From positions 1 to 61,327 of the forward strand of contig JAFYTT010000299.1 of NCBI GenBank assembly GCA_017558715.1: a stretch of DNA of 61,327 bases, written 5' to 3'. The notes below the pieces were generated by a model. That model was not told the origin of the DNA. It worked only from the letters and a program-made list of their open reading frames with translations, and made no database searches. Source of the DNA: Clostridia bacterium (GTDB lineage Bacteria > Bacillota > Clostridia > Oscillospirales > CAG-272). Shown one piece after another: positions 43,913-54,236 of this stretch; within the stretch, counting starts at the first letter, position 1, and every line of letters begins with the position of its first letter. Position numbers and translations under genes: made by a program.

Positions 43913-45061
43913 ATGGCACAGAATACCACATTCGTCCCGCCAGCCTGGCTTGAAGACCAGGACGCGGAGACGATCCACGCGCGAATGATGCAAAACCTCC
44001 CTGACGACATCGACGACACCGAGGGCGGATTTCCGTGGGATTTCACGAAGCCGTCAGCTCTTGAAAAAGCAGAGCTGCTCGAATTCCACATGATGGAGAC
44101 CACCAAAATCATGCATTATATGTTCTCCTACGGAATCTACCTCGACTACCACGCAAAGGCGGTAGGCATCGCCAGAAAGGAAGCGAGCCGAGCTTCAGGC
44201 GTCCTGCAGATCACCGGCTCACCAGGAACGGTTATCCCGAACCGCTTCCTTTTTGCAGTCCCGGCATCCGGAGACACGGCGGCGATAACCTTCTACACAA
44301 CAGAAGAAGCGATCATCAGCACCGACGGTGTGGCGATGGTTCCTATTGAGGCGACCGAAACCGGCACCATCGGGAACGTGGCAGCAGACACCATCATCAT
44401 CATGGTGTCGCCTTCCGTTTCCGGCATCGAAAGGATCACCAACACCGAAAGCACCAGCGGCGGCGCAGCTGAAGAGGACGACGAATCGCTCCGCAGCCGA
44501 ATCGGCGAAATATGCGAAGCGTCAGATGCCTCGTTCGTAGGCTGCGACAACGACTATATGCGCTGGGCGAAGGAGATCAACGGCGTGGGAGACGTTATCG
44601 TCATAGCAGAATGGAACGGACCCGGCACCGTGAAGGTCGTCGTCATGGACGCCAACGGACAGCCGGCAAATCCCAAAATCATCGAGGACGTGGAGAACCA
44701 CATCATCGCGCCGAACAACCGACGCGCCAGACTGGCGCCGATCGGAGCAACGGTAACAATTACAGCACCGACGACGGTGAACGTCAACGTCGCCTGCGAC
44801 CTTACCATCGCACCCGGCGAAAGCTACACCGCCATCGTGGCAGACATCGGAGAGAGCCTGAAGGACTACTTCGAGACAGCGCAGAAGGAAGGAGTCATCA
44901 AGCGAAACCGAATCGGCTCGATTATTATCGGCACCGACGGCGTAGCAGACTACGCCAACCTAACGCTCAACGGAGGAACCGACAACATCGCTCTCGCGCA
45001 GGATGAGTACCCGAACCTCATCGGGCAGTTTGCAACAGCAACCAGCAGCGCGGAGGTGTAA
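43913..45061 (+). CDS. Baseplate J-like protein (XkdT-like)
   Basis: 382 aa, with synteny and a typical N-terminal region (IHARMMQNLPDDIDDTEGGF). Confidence 0.75.
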   Translation: MAQNTTFVPPAWLEDQDAETIHARMMQNLPDDIDDTEGGFPWDFTKPSALEKAELLEFHMMETTKIMHYMFSYGIYLDYHAKAVGIARKEASRASGVLQITGSPGTVIPNRFLFAVPASGDTAAITFYTTEEAIISTDGVAMVPIEATETGTIGNVAADTIIIMVSPSVSGIERITNTESTSGGAAEEDDESLRSRIGEICEASDASFVGCDNDYMRWAKEINGVGDVIVIAEWNGPGTVKVVVMDANGQPANPKIIEDVENHIIAPNNRRARLAPIGATVTITAPTTVNVNVACDLTIAPGESYTAIVADIGESLKDYFETAQKEGVIKRNRIGSIIIGTDGVADYANLTLNGGTDNIALAQDEYPNLIGQFATATSSAEV

Positions 45062-45064
45062 CCC

Positions 45065-45736
45065 ATGAAGAAAGACTTTGACATTGAACGCTTCCCAGAA
45101 AGCGAAAGCGCAAAACAAATGATGAGCCGCATCTCGCCGATTTATGAGAATTCATACGTCGGCAAGTGGCTCTTCGAGGTCATGGGCATCGAATGGGACC
45201 AGGCACGACAACTCGTAGAGAGCCTCCGTCAGCAATGCTTCCTCGAACAATGCACCTGGGGCATCAGATACTGGGAGCAGCGCTACGGTTTAGAGGTTGA
45301 CGAAACAAAAGACCTCGAAACCAGACGCGCGGCGGTAATTGCGAAGCGCGGACGCAAGCAGCCGCTCACCCCAGCCACCCTGGAGGATATTCTGGAAGCG
45401 CTCACCGGAAGACCGGTGACGGTGAACGAAGACAACGGCAACTACACCTTCAAGGTTTCCATCGAAGAAGGAACCTCGACCGTGGACTACATCGCGGTCA
45501 TCAAGAAGATCAACACCGTGAAGCCTTCACACCTCGCATATTCCATCGAGCTGCCCCGCAAGGGCACGCTCTCCATGTACTTCGCGGCCGCCGTCCACGA
45601 AATGAAGACGGTAGCAATCACGGAGTACGACGATAGAGGCGTTTCAGACGTCGTATGGCTTGTTGATGAACTCGGCAACACGCTGGCGGATGAAAATATG
45701 AACGTCTTTATTGACGACGAAAGGAGGCAAACATGA
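45065..45736 (+). CDS. XkdU-like (DUF2313 / P2 gpI-like) baseplate protein
   Basis: Synteny. QCTWGIRYWEQRYGL motif. Confidence 0.6.
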   Translation: MKKDFDIERFPESESAKQMMSRISPIYENSYVGKWLFEVMGIEWDQARQLVESLRQQCFLEQCTWGIRYWEQRYGLEVDETKDLETRRAAVIAKRGRKQPLTPATLEDILEALTGRPVTVNEDNGNYTFKVSIEEGTSTVDYIAVIKKINTVKPSHLAYSIELPRKGTLSMYFAAAVHEMKTVAITEYDDRGVSDVVWLVDELGNTLADENMNVFIDDERRQT

Positions 45737-48033
45737 GCTTAATACCTCAACTCACAGACGCAGGTAGGGGTCTGCTTATTTCCGCGCTTTCCGGCAGTCC
45801 CCTGAACTTCACCAAAATAAAAATCGGCAACGGAACCGCGCCGGACAGTCCGTCTGCCGGTGACTTCTGGTACGACACAGAGAACGAAATTCTCTACGAG
45901 TACAAGGAGACGTGGAGCACCAGCGGAAGATCCATCACAGTCGGAGAATCCGCACCGGAGGAACCGTCAGAGAACGACCTCTGGTACAACACCACGAACA
46001 ACACCCTCTACTACTTCGGAGAAGGCTGGGCAACCGAGACGGCAAACATCACCTGCTCAACCACACCCCCTCCTGAAGCAGAAAACGGCGACCGCTGGTA
46101 TGACACAGCGAACGAAATCCTCTACGCATTCGGAAACAAATGGAACGAGGAGACCGGCGTCGTTATTACTTGCGCCCAGAACGCCCCAGAATCGCCGTCA
46201 GCGGGCGATTACTGGTACGACCAAGCAAACACCAAACTAAAGGTCTGCGCGGCTCTGTGGGGCGCAAAAGAGGGCGTAAACTTCACCATTGCAGACGCGG
46301 CACCCGAAACAGCTGCAGACGGCGACTACTGGTACGACTCCACCAACAACGTGCTGATGAAACACAACGGCACCGAATGGGCGGCAGACAATCAGAAATT
46401 CACCTACGCAGGCGTAGCACCGGAAGCGGCAGCTCTTGGCGACTGGTGGTACGACACTTCAACCGACAGCCTCAAGGAATACGCGCTCGGCTGGCAGAAT
46501 GACGACCACGCCTTCAGCTACGGAATGAGCGCACCTGAAGCACCGAACCAGGGCGACTGGTGGTACGACACATCGCTCCACGTTTACGGTACCGGATGGG
46601 TACCCGACAACGCGACTGTATTCACCTACGGAAGCGCAGCGCCGGCAACACCGGCATCTGGCGAGTGGTGGTTTGACACCGCGTCGTCCATTCTCAAGGT
46701 TTACGGAATGCTCTGGCTGAACGACACCGAGGACAACTTCACCTACAGCGGCACAGAGCCGGCAAGAGCCTACGATGGCGACCTCTGGTATGACACCGAA
46801 GCTGCAGAACTGAAGGAATTCGCAACCGGCTGGATGCAGAACGACGAAAAGCCGTTCACATACGACCCGGTAGCACCCCTCGAACCAAACGCCGGCGACT
46901 GGTGGTACAGCACAGCAGAAGACGTGCTCTACGAATACACCGGAACGCAATGGAACCAGAACTACAGCACCATCACCTGCAGCGTCTCACAGCCGGCGAC
47001 GCAGGATGCGCTCGTAGACCTGGTAAATCCGATGGTCACAATTCCGATCGAGAGCATCGAAAGAGGCTCGAACTACGTCAGCCTTGCTGGTTCCTTCAAC
47101 AACAGCGACGTGGTCGCAGGCTTCAACTGGGCAGAGACCGGCGTCTTCGCAGAGGACGCAGACGGAAACGAGCTGCTATATGCATACTGCCACGCCGGAG
47201 AGCTCGACGAATTCATCCCGGCAAACGACTGCGGCAAAACAATCGAGGTCTCCCTGACCATTCTCGTAATGGTGGGCGATGCCGAGGAAGTAACCGCGAC
47301 GATCGGCGAAGGCTCCGTATACGCCACCAAGAAGAGCCTGGAGGAGCACAAGCGCGACTTCACCAACCCTCACGGCGTAAACGCGGAGCAAATCGGTCTC
47401 GGCAACGTCGAGAACGTGGCGCCGGCAAACATGGCTATTCATTACGACATCGCGGCGACACTTGAAGAACCCGTGCCGGACGAAAAAATGTCCACATTCA
47501 TGGGGAAAGTCAAGCGAGCAATCAACAACCTCATCCTTCACCTGAAGGCAGAGAACCCACACAGCATCACCCCGAAGAAGATCAAAGCAGCAGAAGAGAC
47601 GCACAAACACTCCACCAACGACATGACGGAGGGCATCCTGGGCGCTTCCAGAGGCGGAACCGGATGCGCCAGCATCGGCGCCCTGGCGGAACAGCTCGGC
47701 TCTTACTTCGGTGCTCCGGTCTTCGGCGTTTACAGCGGAAACGGCGACACAAAGCGCTTGATCTCGCTGGACTTCACCCCTTCGGCGGTATTCCTCTGCA
47801 ACGGCAGAGGTATGGTGGGCGACGACGTCGATGGCGTCTGCGGCGGTCTTGCCGTCGGCACCTACGGCTTGCGAACCAGAGGCTGCACATCGTCTGCGCA
47901 CGAAACCACGTGGAGCAACACCCACACGGCGCTGCTCATCACGACGAACGGCTTCTACGTAAACTACAACTCCTCTAACAAGGTCGCAACCAACAAGAGC
48001 GGCGAAACTTACCGCTACATCGCATTCAGATAA
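45733..48033 (+). CDS. Tail fibre protein with at least 10 GDxWYDT-type repeats
   Basis: Repeats GDFWYDTENEILYEY, NDLWYNTTNNTLYYF, GDRWYDTANEILYAF and so on. Position after the baseplate genes. Confidence 0.7.
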   Translation: MSLIPQLTDAGRGLLISALSGSPLNFTKIKIGNGTAPDSPSAGDFWYDTENEILYEYKETWSTSGRSITVGESAPEEPSENDLWYNTTNNTLYYFGEGWATETANITCSTTPPPEAENGDRWYDTANEILYAFGNKWNEETGVVITCAQNAPESPSAGDYWYDQANTKLKVCAALWGAKEGVNFTIADAAPETAADGDYWYDSTNNVLMKHNGTEWAADNQKFTYAGVAPEAAALGDWWYDTSTDSLKEYALGWQNDDHAFSYGMSAPEAPNQGDWWYDTSLHVYGTGWVPDNATVFTYGSAAPATPASGEWWFDTASSILKVYGMLWLNDTEDNFTYSGTEPARAYDGDLWYDTEAAELKEFATGWMQNDEKPFTYDPVAPLEPNAGDWWYSTAEDVLYEYTGTQWNQNYSTITCSVSQPATQDALVDLVNPMVTIPIESIERGSNYVSLAGSFNNSDVVAGFNWAETGVFAEDADGNELLYAYCHAGELDEFIPANDCGKTIEVSLTILVMVGDAEEVTATIGEGSVYATKKSLEEHKRDFTNPHGVNAEQIGLGNVENVAPANMAIHYDIAATLEEPVPDEKMSTFMGKVKRAINNLILHLKAENPHSITPKKIKAAEETHKHSTNDMTEGILGASRGGTGCASIGALAEQLGSYFGAPVFGVYSGNGDTKRLISLDFTPSAVFLCNGRGMVGDDVDGVCGGLAVGTYGLRTRGCTSSAHETTWSNTHTALLITTNGFYVNYNSSNKVATNKSGETYRYIAFR

Positions 48034-48044
48034 GGAGGTAAAGT

Positions 48045-51000
48045 ATGGCAACAACCAAGATAACCGAAAAACAGAGTACGGAAAACGTCAGAAATAGCGC
48101 CAGCGTACTCATCACCCAGCCGGAAACGATCGGCGGCAAAACGAAGGAAAGCCTTCGCAGAGCCACGCTCGCCGCATTCATCCAGGCATTAAAAGACGCC
48201 GGAATTCACGAAGGAATGCAGACCGAAGCAGGCATCGAGGAAATGTACTCGAACCTGGTCAAGAGCGTAGACCCGATCGACACCGGAATCAGAATCACAT
48301 TCTGGGACGACACGTCTGCAGACATCGCCATCGAGAGTGGCGGTCTTGCATTTGACAGCGTGACGTACAACCAGGAGACCGGATACCTTCACATCCAGAT
48401 GGAAGGCGAGGACGTCGTGGATCCTTGCTTCATCGGAGGCGGCGGAGGCGGCGGAAGCTCCTCCGGCACCGTCGTAAAGCTGGAGAACCTCACCGGCGCA
48501 TCGGCAATCACCGTCGCGCATGGCGAAGACGTGAATATCGCCTTCAGCTTTTACGACTACGACAGCGGCGGCGAATTCACAAACAGCAGCGGTACGCTTG
48601 AGCTCTCTATTAACGGCTCAACCGTTATCCAGAAGAACATCGAGCAGGGCAACCACACCATCAACGTGGGACCGTACCTCGTAGAAGGAACCAACAAAGT
48701 GAAGGTAAAGGTAACAGACGAAGACGACAACTACGGCACGAAGACATGGACGATCAGCGCCATCGCGCTATCCGTAAGCGCCAGCTTTGACGACACGGCT
48801 ATCTACACCGGGGACGTCCTCTTCAGATACACCCCGATCGGCAACAACATCGAGAAGCTGATCCACTTCGAGATTGACGGCACGGAGGTAGCGACAGCTA
48901 CCGTCACCGCCTCCAACAGACAGCAGACGCAGAGCATCCCCAGACAGATCCACGGCGCCCACAGGCTGAAGGTTTACGCCACAGCCACGGTGGACGGCGT
49001 CGACGTAACCAGCAACACGCTGGAATACGACGTGATCTGGGCAGAGGAAGGAAACTCCACTCCTATCATCGCCTGCAGCTACGTCGGAGGAGCGAAGCAA
49101 TACACGACAATCTCAATCCCTTACATCGTCTACAACCCGGCAAGCCTGACGGCTTCCATCGTCCTTGCGGTGGACGGCGTGGAAGTTTCCAACCTTACCG
49201 TCGACAGAACGAGACAGACGTGGAGCTACAAGCCAGACACAGCCGGCACGAAGGCGCTCACCATCACTTGCGGCACCGTTGTCAAAACGATAACCCTCGA
49301 AGTCGAGGACATCGGAATCAACGTGGAACCGGTGACAACCGGTCTCGTTTTTGACCTTAACCCCGCAGGACACACAAACAACGACACCGACCGCGAAGAA
49401 TTCGGATATAAAGACGGCGCCGGCACAAACCACCCGCTGACCTTCTCCGACAACTTCGACTGGTCGAACGGCGGCTTCAAGACAGACGCCGACGGAAACA
49501 CGTACTTCTGTGTGAAGTGCGGCACTTACGTGGAAGCCGACAAGTCCTTATTCGCAGACGATGCGATGAGAACCGGCAAGGAGCTGAAATTCATATTCAA
49601 GGCAACCAACTGCCGAAATTATGACGCCCAGATCCTCTCCTGCATGGCGGACAACATCGGCGTACAGCTTCAGGCGCAGAGAGCGACAGTCAGATCGCAG
49701 CTGACCTCGATGGAGGTACCATACTGCGAAGACAGCATCATCGAGATGGACATCAACATCGAGCCTGACGGCGGCGACCGCGTAATGATGATCTGGCTCG
49801 AAGGCATTCCGTCGAAGGTGGCTATTTACGCCGACAACGACAACTTCACGCAGGACAATCCGCAGCTGCTCCGAATCGGATCCAATGACTGCGACGTCCA
49901 CATTTACCGCGTGAAGGCTTACGAGAACGACCTGACACGCCTCGAAATCCACGAAAACTGGATGGCAGACGCGCCCGACGCCGAGGAAATGCTGGAGCGC
50001 TACAACCGCAACAACATCTACGACTCCAACGGCGACATCGACATCCAGAAGCTCATTGACGCAAGTCCGAACCTCCGCGTGATTACGGTACACGCACCGA
50101 AGATGACCACGGCAAAGACGGACGAAGTCACCTGCACGGTCGATCACGTCATGAAAGCCGGCGGCGTAAAGCACAAATTCACCGGCGCCAACGTTACGAT
50201 GAAGGCTCAAGGTACTTCCTCCGCACAGTACGGAGAAGCCGCGCTGAACCTCGACCTCGAATTTGAGGCAATCGAGGACGACGCAGGCGAGGTAACCACG
50301 GCAGCCTTCGTTTTCGGAGACGGAACCACCGGAGACAAATACTCCATGACCGACAAGAGCATCGGCGTGAATTACTTCAACATCAAGCTGAACGTTGCTT
50401 CTTCGGAAAACGCGAACAACGTCGTCATCGCAGACGAATACAACGAATTCCAGCCGTACATCAACCCGGCAAGAGCGGCGAATCCCAAGGTCAGAGACAC
50501 CGTCGAGGGACACCCCTGCGTCGTATTTTTCCACAACACCGGAACCGAGGCGACCAAGATGGGATCCATTACGGTACCGGCAGGCGCAACCGTTCTCTAC
50601 GGATGCGGCGATATGAACAACTCGAAGAAAAACCTCGCCGTATTCGGACAGCAGGACAACGCGCTGCAGTCATGCGTTGAAATCAACAACAACACAAATA
50701 ATGGCTGCTTATGGAAGAGCGACGACTTGACGAATGAGACCTGGGACGACGAGGGATCGTTCCAATTCCGCTACCCGAAAAAGCCGTCTGCAGACCACAA
50801 GGCAGCATTCCAGAGAGTCCTCTCCTGGGTAGTTTCCACCGACAGAACTGCAGCGACCGGCGCGGCACTTCCGGAGAGCAAGACGTACAACGGAAAAACC
50901 TACACGCACGACACGGCAGAATACCGTGGCGCGAAATTCGTGGCAGAATTCGAGGACTACTTCATCAAGAGCTCCGCGCTTTACCATTACTTATTCACAG

Positions 51001-54000
51001 AGCGCCACGCGATGGTTGATAACCGCGCGAAGAACGTCTTCGTCTCCACCGACGACGGTATCCATTGGGACTTCACAAAGGACTACGATAACGATACCGC
51101 CGACGGTAACGACAACGAGGGCGGCTTGACGCTTTCCTACGGTATGGAAGACACCGACACCATCGGCACAAAGGACGTCTTCAACGCGTCCAGCAGCGTG
51201 CTCTGGTGCAACGTCCGCGACTTCTTCTACGACGACCTCCGCGCACTCTTCCTGACGCTCGAATCAAAGGGCGCATGGAACGCAGAGCGAATTCTCGCAA
51301 AATTCGCAGCGCACCAGTCGCCAAGACCGGAAGCGCTGGTCATTGAGGATATGTGGAAGAAATACATCCGCCCGTACACCAACAGCGGAACCGAAGCATA
51401 CCTCGAAATGCTCTACGGCACCAAAGCAGACCAGAGGCGCCAGTTTGAGATTTACCAGGAGAAATACATCGCCTCCAAATACAGAGGCTCAAAGGCGACC
51501 TCCGACACGATCACATTCCGCGCATACACCCCGACCAACTGGGGCGGCGTAGCACCGAGCGACCTGATAACAATCACGCCATACGCCGATATGTACATCA
51601 CGCTGCAGTCCGGCTCCGGAATCGTAAGCGTGAGAGCGAAGCGCGGACAATCCTACGAATTGAAGTGCCCGATCGACACCCTGAACGACACCGAAATCTA
51701 CATCTACACGGCTTCGATGGTTTCAGACGTCGGCGACCTGGCGCCCCTTTACATCGGCTACTTCAACATCGCAAGCGCCGTAAAACTTCGCCACCTGAAG
51801 ATAGGCGACGGCGCCGTGGGATACAGCAACACCAACGCCACGACCATCGGTCTGGGCAATAACGTGCTCCTGGAGACTCTCGACATTCAGAACCTGCCAA
51901 ACCTGGCACAAACACTCGACCTCACCGGCTGCGACGCCCTTCTCACTTTGAAGGCGAACGGATCCGGAATCACCGGCGTATCGTTTGCGCCCGGAGGAAA
52001 AATCCAGACAGCGCAGGTGCCAGCAATCAGCAGCATCTCCGCAATCGCTCTGAAGAACCTGCAGAGCCTCACATTCGCATCCTACGACGCGCTCCGCACA
52101 GCGAGAATCGAGGACTGCCCGACCATCAACACCCTCGACTTCATCGAGAGAGCCACCGGACTGACCAGAATCCGTATCCTCGGAATCAACTGGACGCTTC
52201 CTGACACAACGATCCTCGACCGCCTCGTGGCGATTAAGGGTCTGGACGAAGCAGACCACAACCTGGAGCAGTCGGTATTGACCGGCGCCGTTTACGTGCC
52301 GATTATGAGGCAGTCGAAGCTCACGGCGTACCGAAACGCATGGTCAGACCTTGCGATCAGCTACGAAACCCTCGTACAGCAGTACCTGGTAACATTCCTC
52401 AACTGGGACGGCACGGTACTCCACAGCGAATACGTCGACCGAGGAAACGACGTCGCCGACCCGGTAGCAGCAGGAACCATCCAGACGCCGACACGCGAGA
52501 GCAGCATCTCAACCGTTTACACATACGACGGATGGGACAGCGACCTGACAGCGATTATTGCACCGAGAACCATCACCGCGACGTACAACGAGACGCCTCG
52601 ACAGTACACCGTGCGCTGGATCTCCCAGGTCGGAATCGTTATGGACACCCAGGTCGTAGATTACGGCTCTGAAGCCACCTACGCAGGCGAGACGCCCGAA
52701 AGAACCGACGAAGAGGGACAATTCGTGTATTACCTCTTCGAGGGATGGGATAAGAGCACCGGCTTCATCACCGGAGACCTCGACGTCTGGGCAGTATGGC
52801 AGCGCGGCGAACTTCCGAACGCAGGAACGGACATCGGCAGAATGACACCGGCGCAGATTTACGCCGTATCAAAAAGCGGCAAGAGCCTCGACTACTTCTC
52901 GTTGAAGGACAGAGTGCCGGTAACCCTCGGCTTCACACCGGAGTATAGCAACATCCCATTCACGGATGTAGCGACCGAGCTGAAGCTCGACGGCAGAACC
53001 TACGTCGACACCGGGATCCAGCTCTTGAAAAACGGCATCGGCGACGCCTGGACGGTAGTCGCAGACGTAACCTTCAGCGACACGACCGCAGACCAGACGA
53101 TGATCTGCTGTATGCAGGAAGACGGATACATGGGCTTCAAGCTCAAGTATTCGGGCGGACCTTCCGTACAATGGAGCACCAACACCTACAACAGCGGCGC
53201 AACCACATACCGAGAGATTATGGTCATCAGACACGAAGCCGGCAGCAGAAACGTCAAGGTTTACTCCTCGAAGGCGTACACCAACGCTCCGGAATTCAAA
53301 GAGCTGACAAAGACCATCGACACCCAGAGCAACTGCACACTTGTGCTCGGCGCAACCAAGACCGACTCCGGCTACATCGGAGACTACGCAAAGGGTACAA
53401 TTCACTCCTGCCGCATCTGGCACGGAGATCTCGGCGACACGGACTGCCGCAACATTGTAACCTGGCCGCGTGAGACCTACCTCTTCGAGGTGGGCGGCTT
53501 CGGAAATTACAAGCTGGCAGCCAACAGCGTACAGCCGACCAGCGTGGACTTCATCTGCGCAAGCCTCCTGGAGCGCACCATGCAGATGAACACGGTCAAC
53601 AAGAACACCGGCGGCTTTGACGATATGCCACTCTTCGCATGGATGCAGAATCGCCTTTATAAGGCATTCCCCGAAGTATGGCGCCAGATGATGAAGCAAT
53701 GCAAAATCAGCTACAACTGCTACGTCGACGGCACCAACCACGAAATCGAATCCGCGAACGCATACCTCTGGGTACCGTCATACGCGGAGGTTCAGAGCAC
53801 CACAGCAGAGCCGTGGATTTACGAAGGCAACTGGGTGACGTTCTTCACGAACAACACAACCAGAATCAAATTCAGAGGCGTGGCGCTTCCGGACGGATAC
53901 TCGATATTCACATCCGGAACCGACCCGACAACCAACGCGGCGAACAACGTCAAGGAAGGCGACCTCTGGATCAACACTTCAGAATCCAGCAAAGGCTACA

Positions 54001-54164
54001 TCCGACACAACGGCGCATGGTTTGGTGCGTACTACTTCTGGCTTCGCGGCGCGGCAGTCGCGAACGCGCCGACCTTCGGCTTTGTGAACTACACCGGCTA
54101 CGCGTACTACGGCGGCTACCACGCGACGTCCAGCCTTGGCGTCTGCCCTCGCTTCTCAATCTAA
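48045..54164 (+). CDS. Giant multidomain tail fibre / receptor-binding protein; DGR target (VR at the C-terminus)
   Basis: 2039 aa. CotH-like segment (VDNRAKNVF...HWDFTKDYDNDTADG, tentative), LRR region, two Listeria-Bacteroides/InlB-B type repeats (YLVTFLNWDG..., YTVRWISQVG...GWD), a LamG-like region and a C-type-lectin-like end carrying the VR. Confidence 0.85.
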   Translation: MATTKITEKQSTENVRNSASVLITQPETIGGKTKESLRRATLAAFIQALKDAGIHEGMQTEAGIEEMYSNLVKSVDPIDTGIRITFWDDTSADIAIESGGLAFDSVTYNQETGYLHIQMEGEDVVDPCFIGGGGGGGSSSGTVVKLENLTGASAITVAHGEDVNIAFSFYDYDSGGEFTNSSGTLELSINGSTVIQKNIEQGNHTINVGPYLVEGTNKVKVKVTDEDDNYGTKTWTISAIALSVSASFDDTAIYTGDVLFRYTPIGNNIEKLIHFEIDGTEVATATVTASNRQQTQSIPRQIHGAHRLKVYATATVDGVDVTSNTLEYDVIWAEEGNSTPIIACSYVGGAKQYTTISIPYIVYNPASLTASIVLAVDGVEVSNLTVDRTRQTWSYKPDTAGTKALTITCGTVVKTITLEVEDIGINVEPVTTGLVFDLNPAGHTNNDTDREEFGYKDGAGTNHPLTFSDNFDWSNGGFKTDADGNTYFCVKCGTYVEADKSLFADDAMRTGKELKFIFKATNCRNYDAQILSCMADNIGVQLQAQRATVRSQLTSMEVPYCEDSIIEMDINIEPDGGDRVMMIWLEGIPSKVAIYADNDNFTQDNPQLLRIGSNDCDVHIYRVKAYENDLTRLEIHENWMADAPDAEEMLERYNRNNIYDSNGDIDIQKLIDASPNLRVITVHAPKMTTAKTDEVTCTVDHVMKAGGVKHKFTGANVTMKAQGTSSAQYGEAALNLDLEFEAIEDDAGEVTTAAFVFGDGTTGDKYSMTDKSIGVNYFNIKLNVASSENANNVVIADEYNEFQPYINPARAANPKVRDTVEGHPCVVFFHNTGTEATKMGSITVPAGATVLYGCGDMNNSKKNLAVFGQQDNALQSCVEINNNTNNGCLWKSDDLTNETWDDEGSFQFRYPKKPSADHKAAFQRVLSWVVSTDRTAATGAALPESKTYNGKTYTHDTAEYRGAKFVAEFEDYFIKSSALYHYLFTERHAMVDNRAKNVFVSTDDGIHWDFTKDYDNDTADGNDNEGGLTLSYGMEDTDTIGTKDVFNASSSVLWCNVRDFFYDDLRALFLTLESKGAWNAERILAKFAAHQSPRPEALVIEDMWKKYIRPYTNSGTEAYLEMLYGTKADQRRQFEIYQEKYIASKYRGSKATSDTITFRAYTPTNWGGVAPSDLITITPYADMYITLQSGSGIVSVRAKRGQSYELKCPIDTLNDTEIYIYTASMVSDVGDLAPLYIGYFNIASAVKLRHLKIGDGAVGYSNTNATTIGLGNNVLLETLDIQNLPNLAQTLDLTGCDALLTLKANGSGITGVSFAPGGKIQTAQVPAISSISAIALKNLQSLTFASYDALRTARIEDCPTINTLDFIERATGLTRIRILGINWTLPDTTILDRLVAIKGLDEADHNLEQSVLTGAVYVPIMRQSKLTAYRNAWSDLAISYETLVQQYLVTFLNWDGTVLHSEYVDRGNDVADPVAAGTIQTPTRESSISTVYTYDGWDSDLTAIIAPRTITATYNETPRQYTVRWISQVGIVMDTQVVDYGSEATYAGETPERTDEEGQFVYYLFEGWDKSTGFITGDLDVWAVWQRGELPNAGTDIGRMTPAQIYAVSKSGKSLDYFSLKDRVPVTLGFTPEYSNIPFTDVATELKLDGRTYVDTGIQLLKNGIGDAWTVVADVTFSDTTADQTMICCMQEDGYMGFKLKYSGGPSVQWSTNTYNSGATTYREIMVIRHEAGSRNVKVYSSKAYTNAPEFKELTKTIDTQSNCTLVLGATKTDSGYIGDYAKGTIHSCRIWHGDLGDTDCRNIVTWPRETYLFEVGGFGNYKLAANSVQPTSVDFICASLLERTMQMNTVNKNTGGFDDMPLFAWMQNRLYKAFPEVWRQMMKQCKISYNCYVDGTNHEIESANAYLWVPSYAEVQSTTAEPWIYEGNWVTFFTNNTTRIKFRGVALPDGYSIFTSGTDPTTNAANNVKEGDLWINTSESSKGYIRHNGAWFGAYYFWLRGAAVANAPTFGFVNYTGYAYYGGYHATSSLGVCPRFSI
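54017..54151 (+). repeat. DGR variable region (VR)
   Basis: Aligns without gaps to TR 55060-55194. 20 mismatches, all at positions that are A in the TR. The 3' 14 nt ggcgtctgccctcg are identical (IMH-like). Confidence 0.9.
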
Positions 54165-54186
54165 AAGGCGCAGCCGCAATCCTAAA

Positions 54187-54215
54187 TATCTGCCCCGCAT
54201 AAGTCGGGGCAGATA
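54187..54215 (+). other. Perfect 11-bp stem / 7-nt loop hairpin 36 nt downstream of the VR (DGR target-recognition hairpin and/or terminator)
   Basis: tatctgccccg-cataagt-cggggcagata. Confidence 0.7.
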
Positions 54216-54236
54216 ACCAGGAAGAAAGGAGAAACC

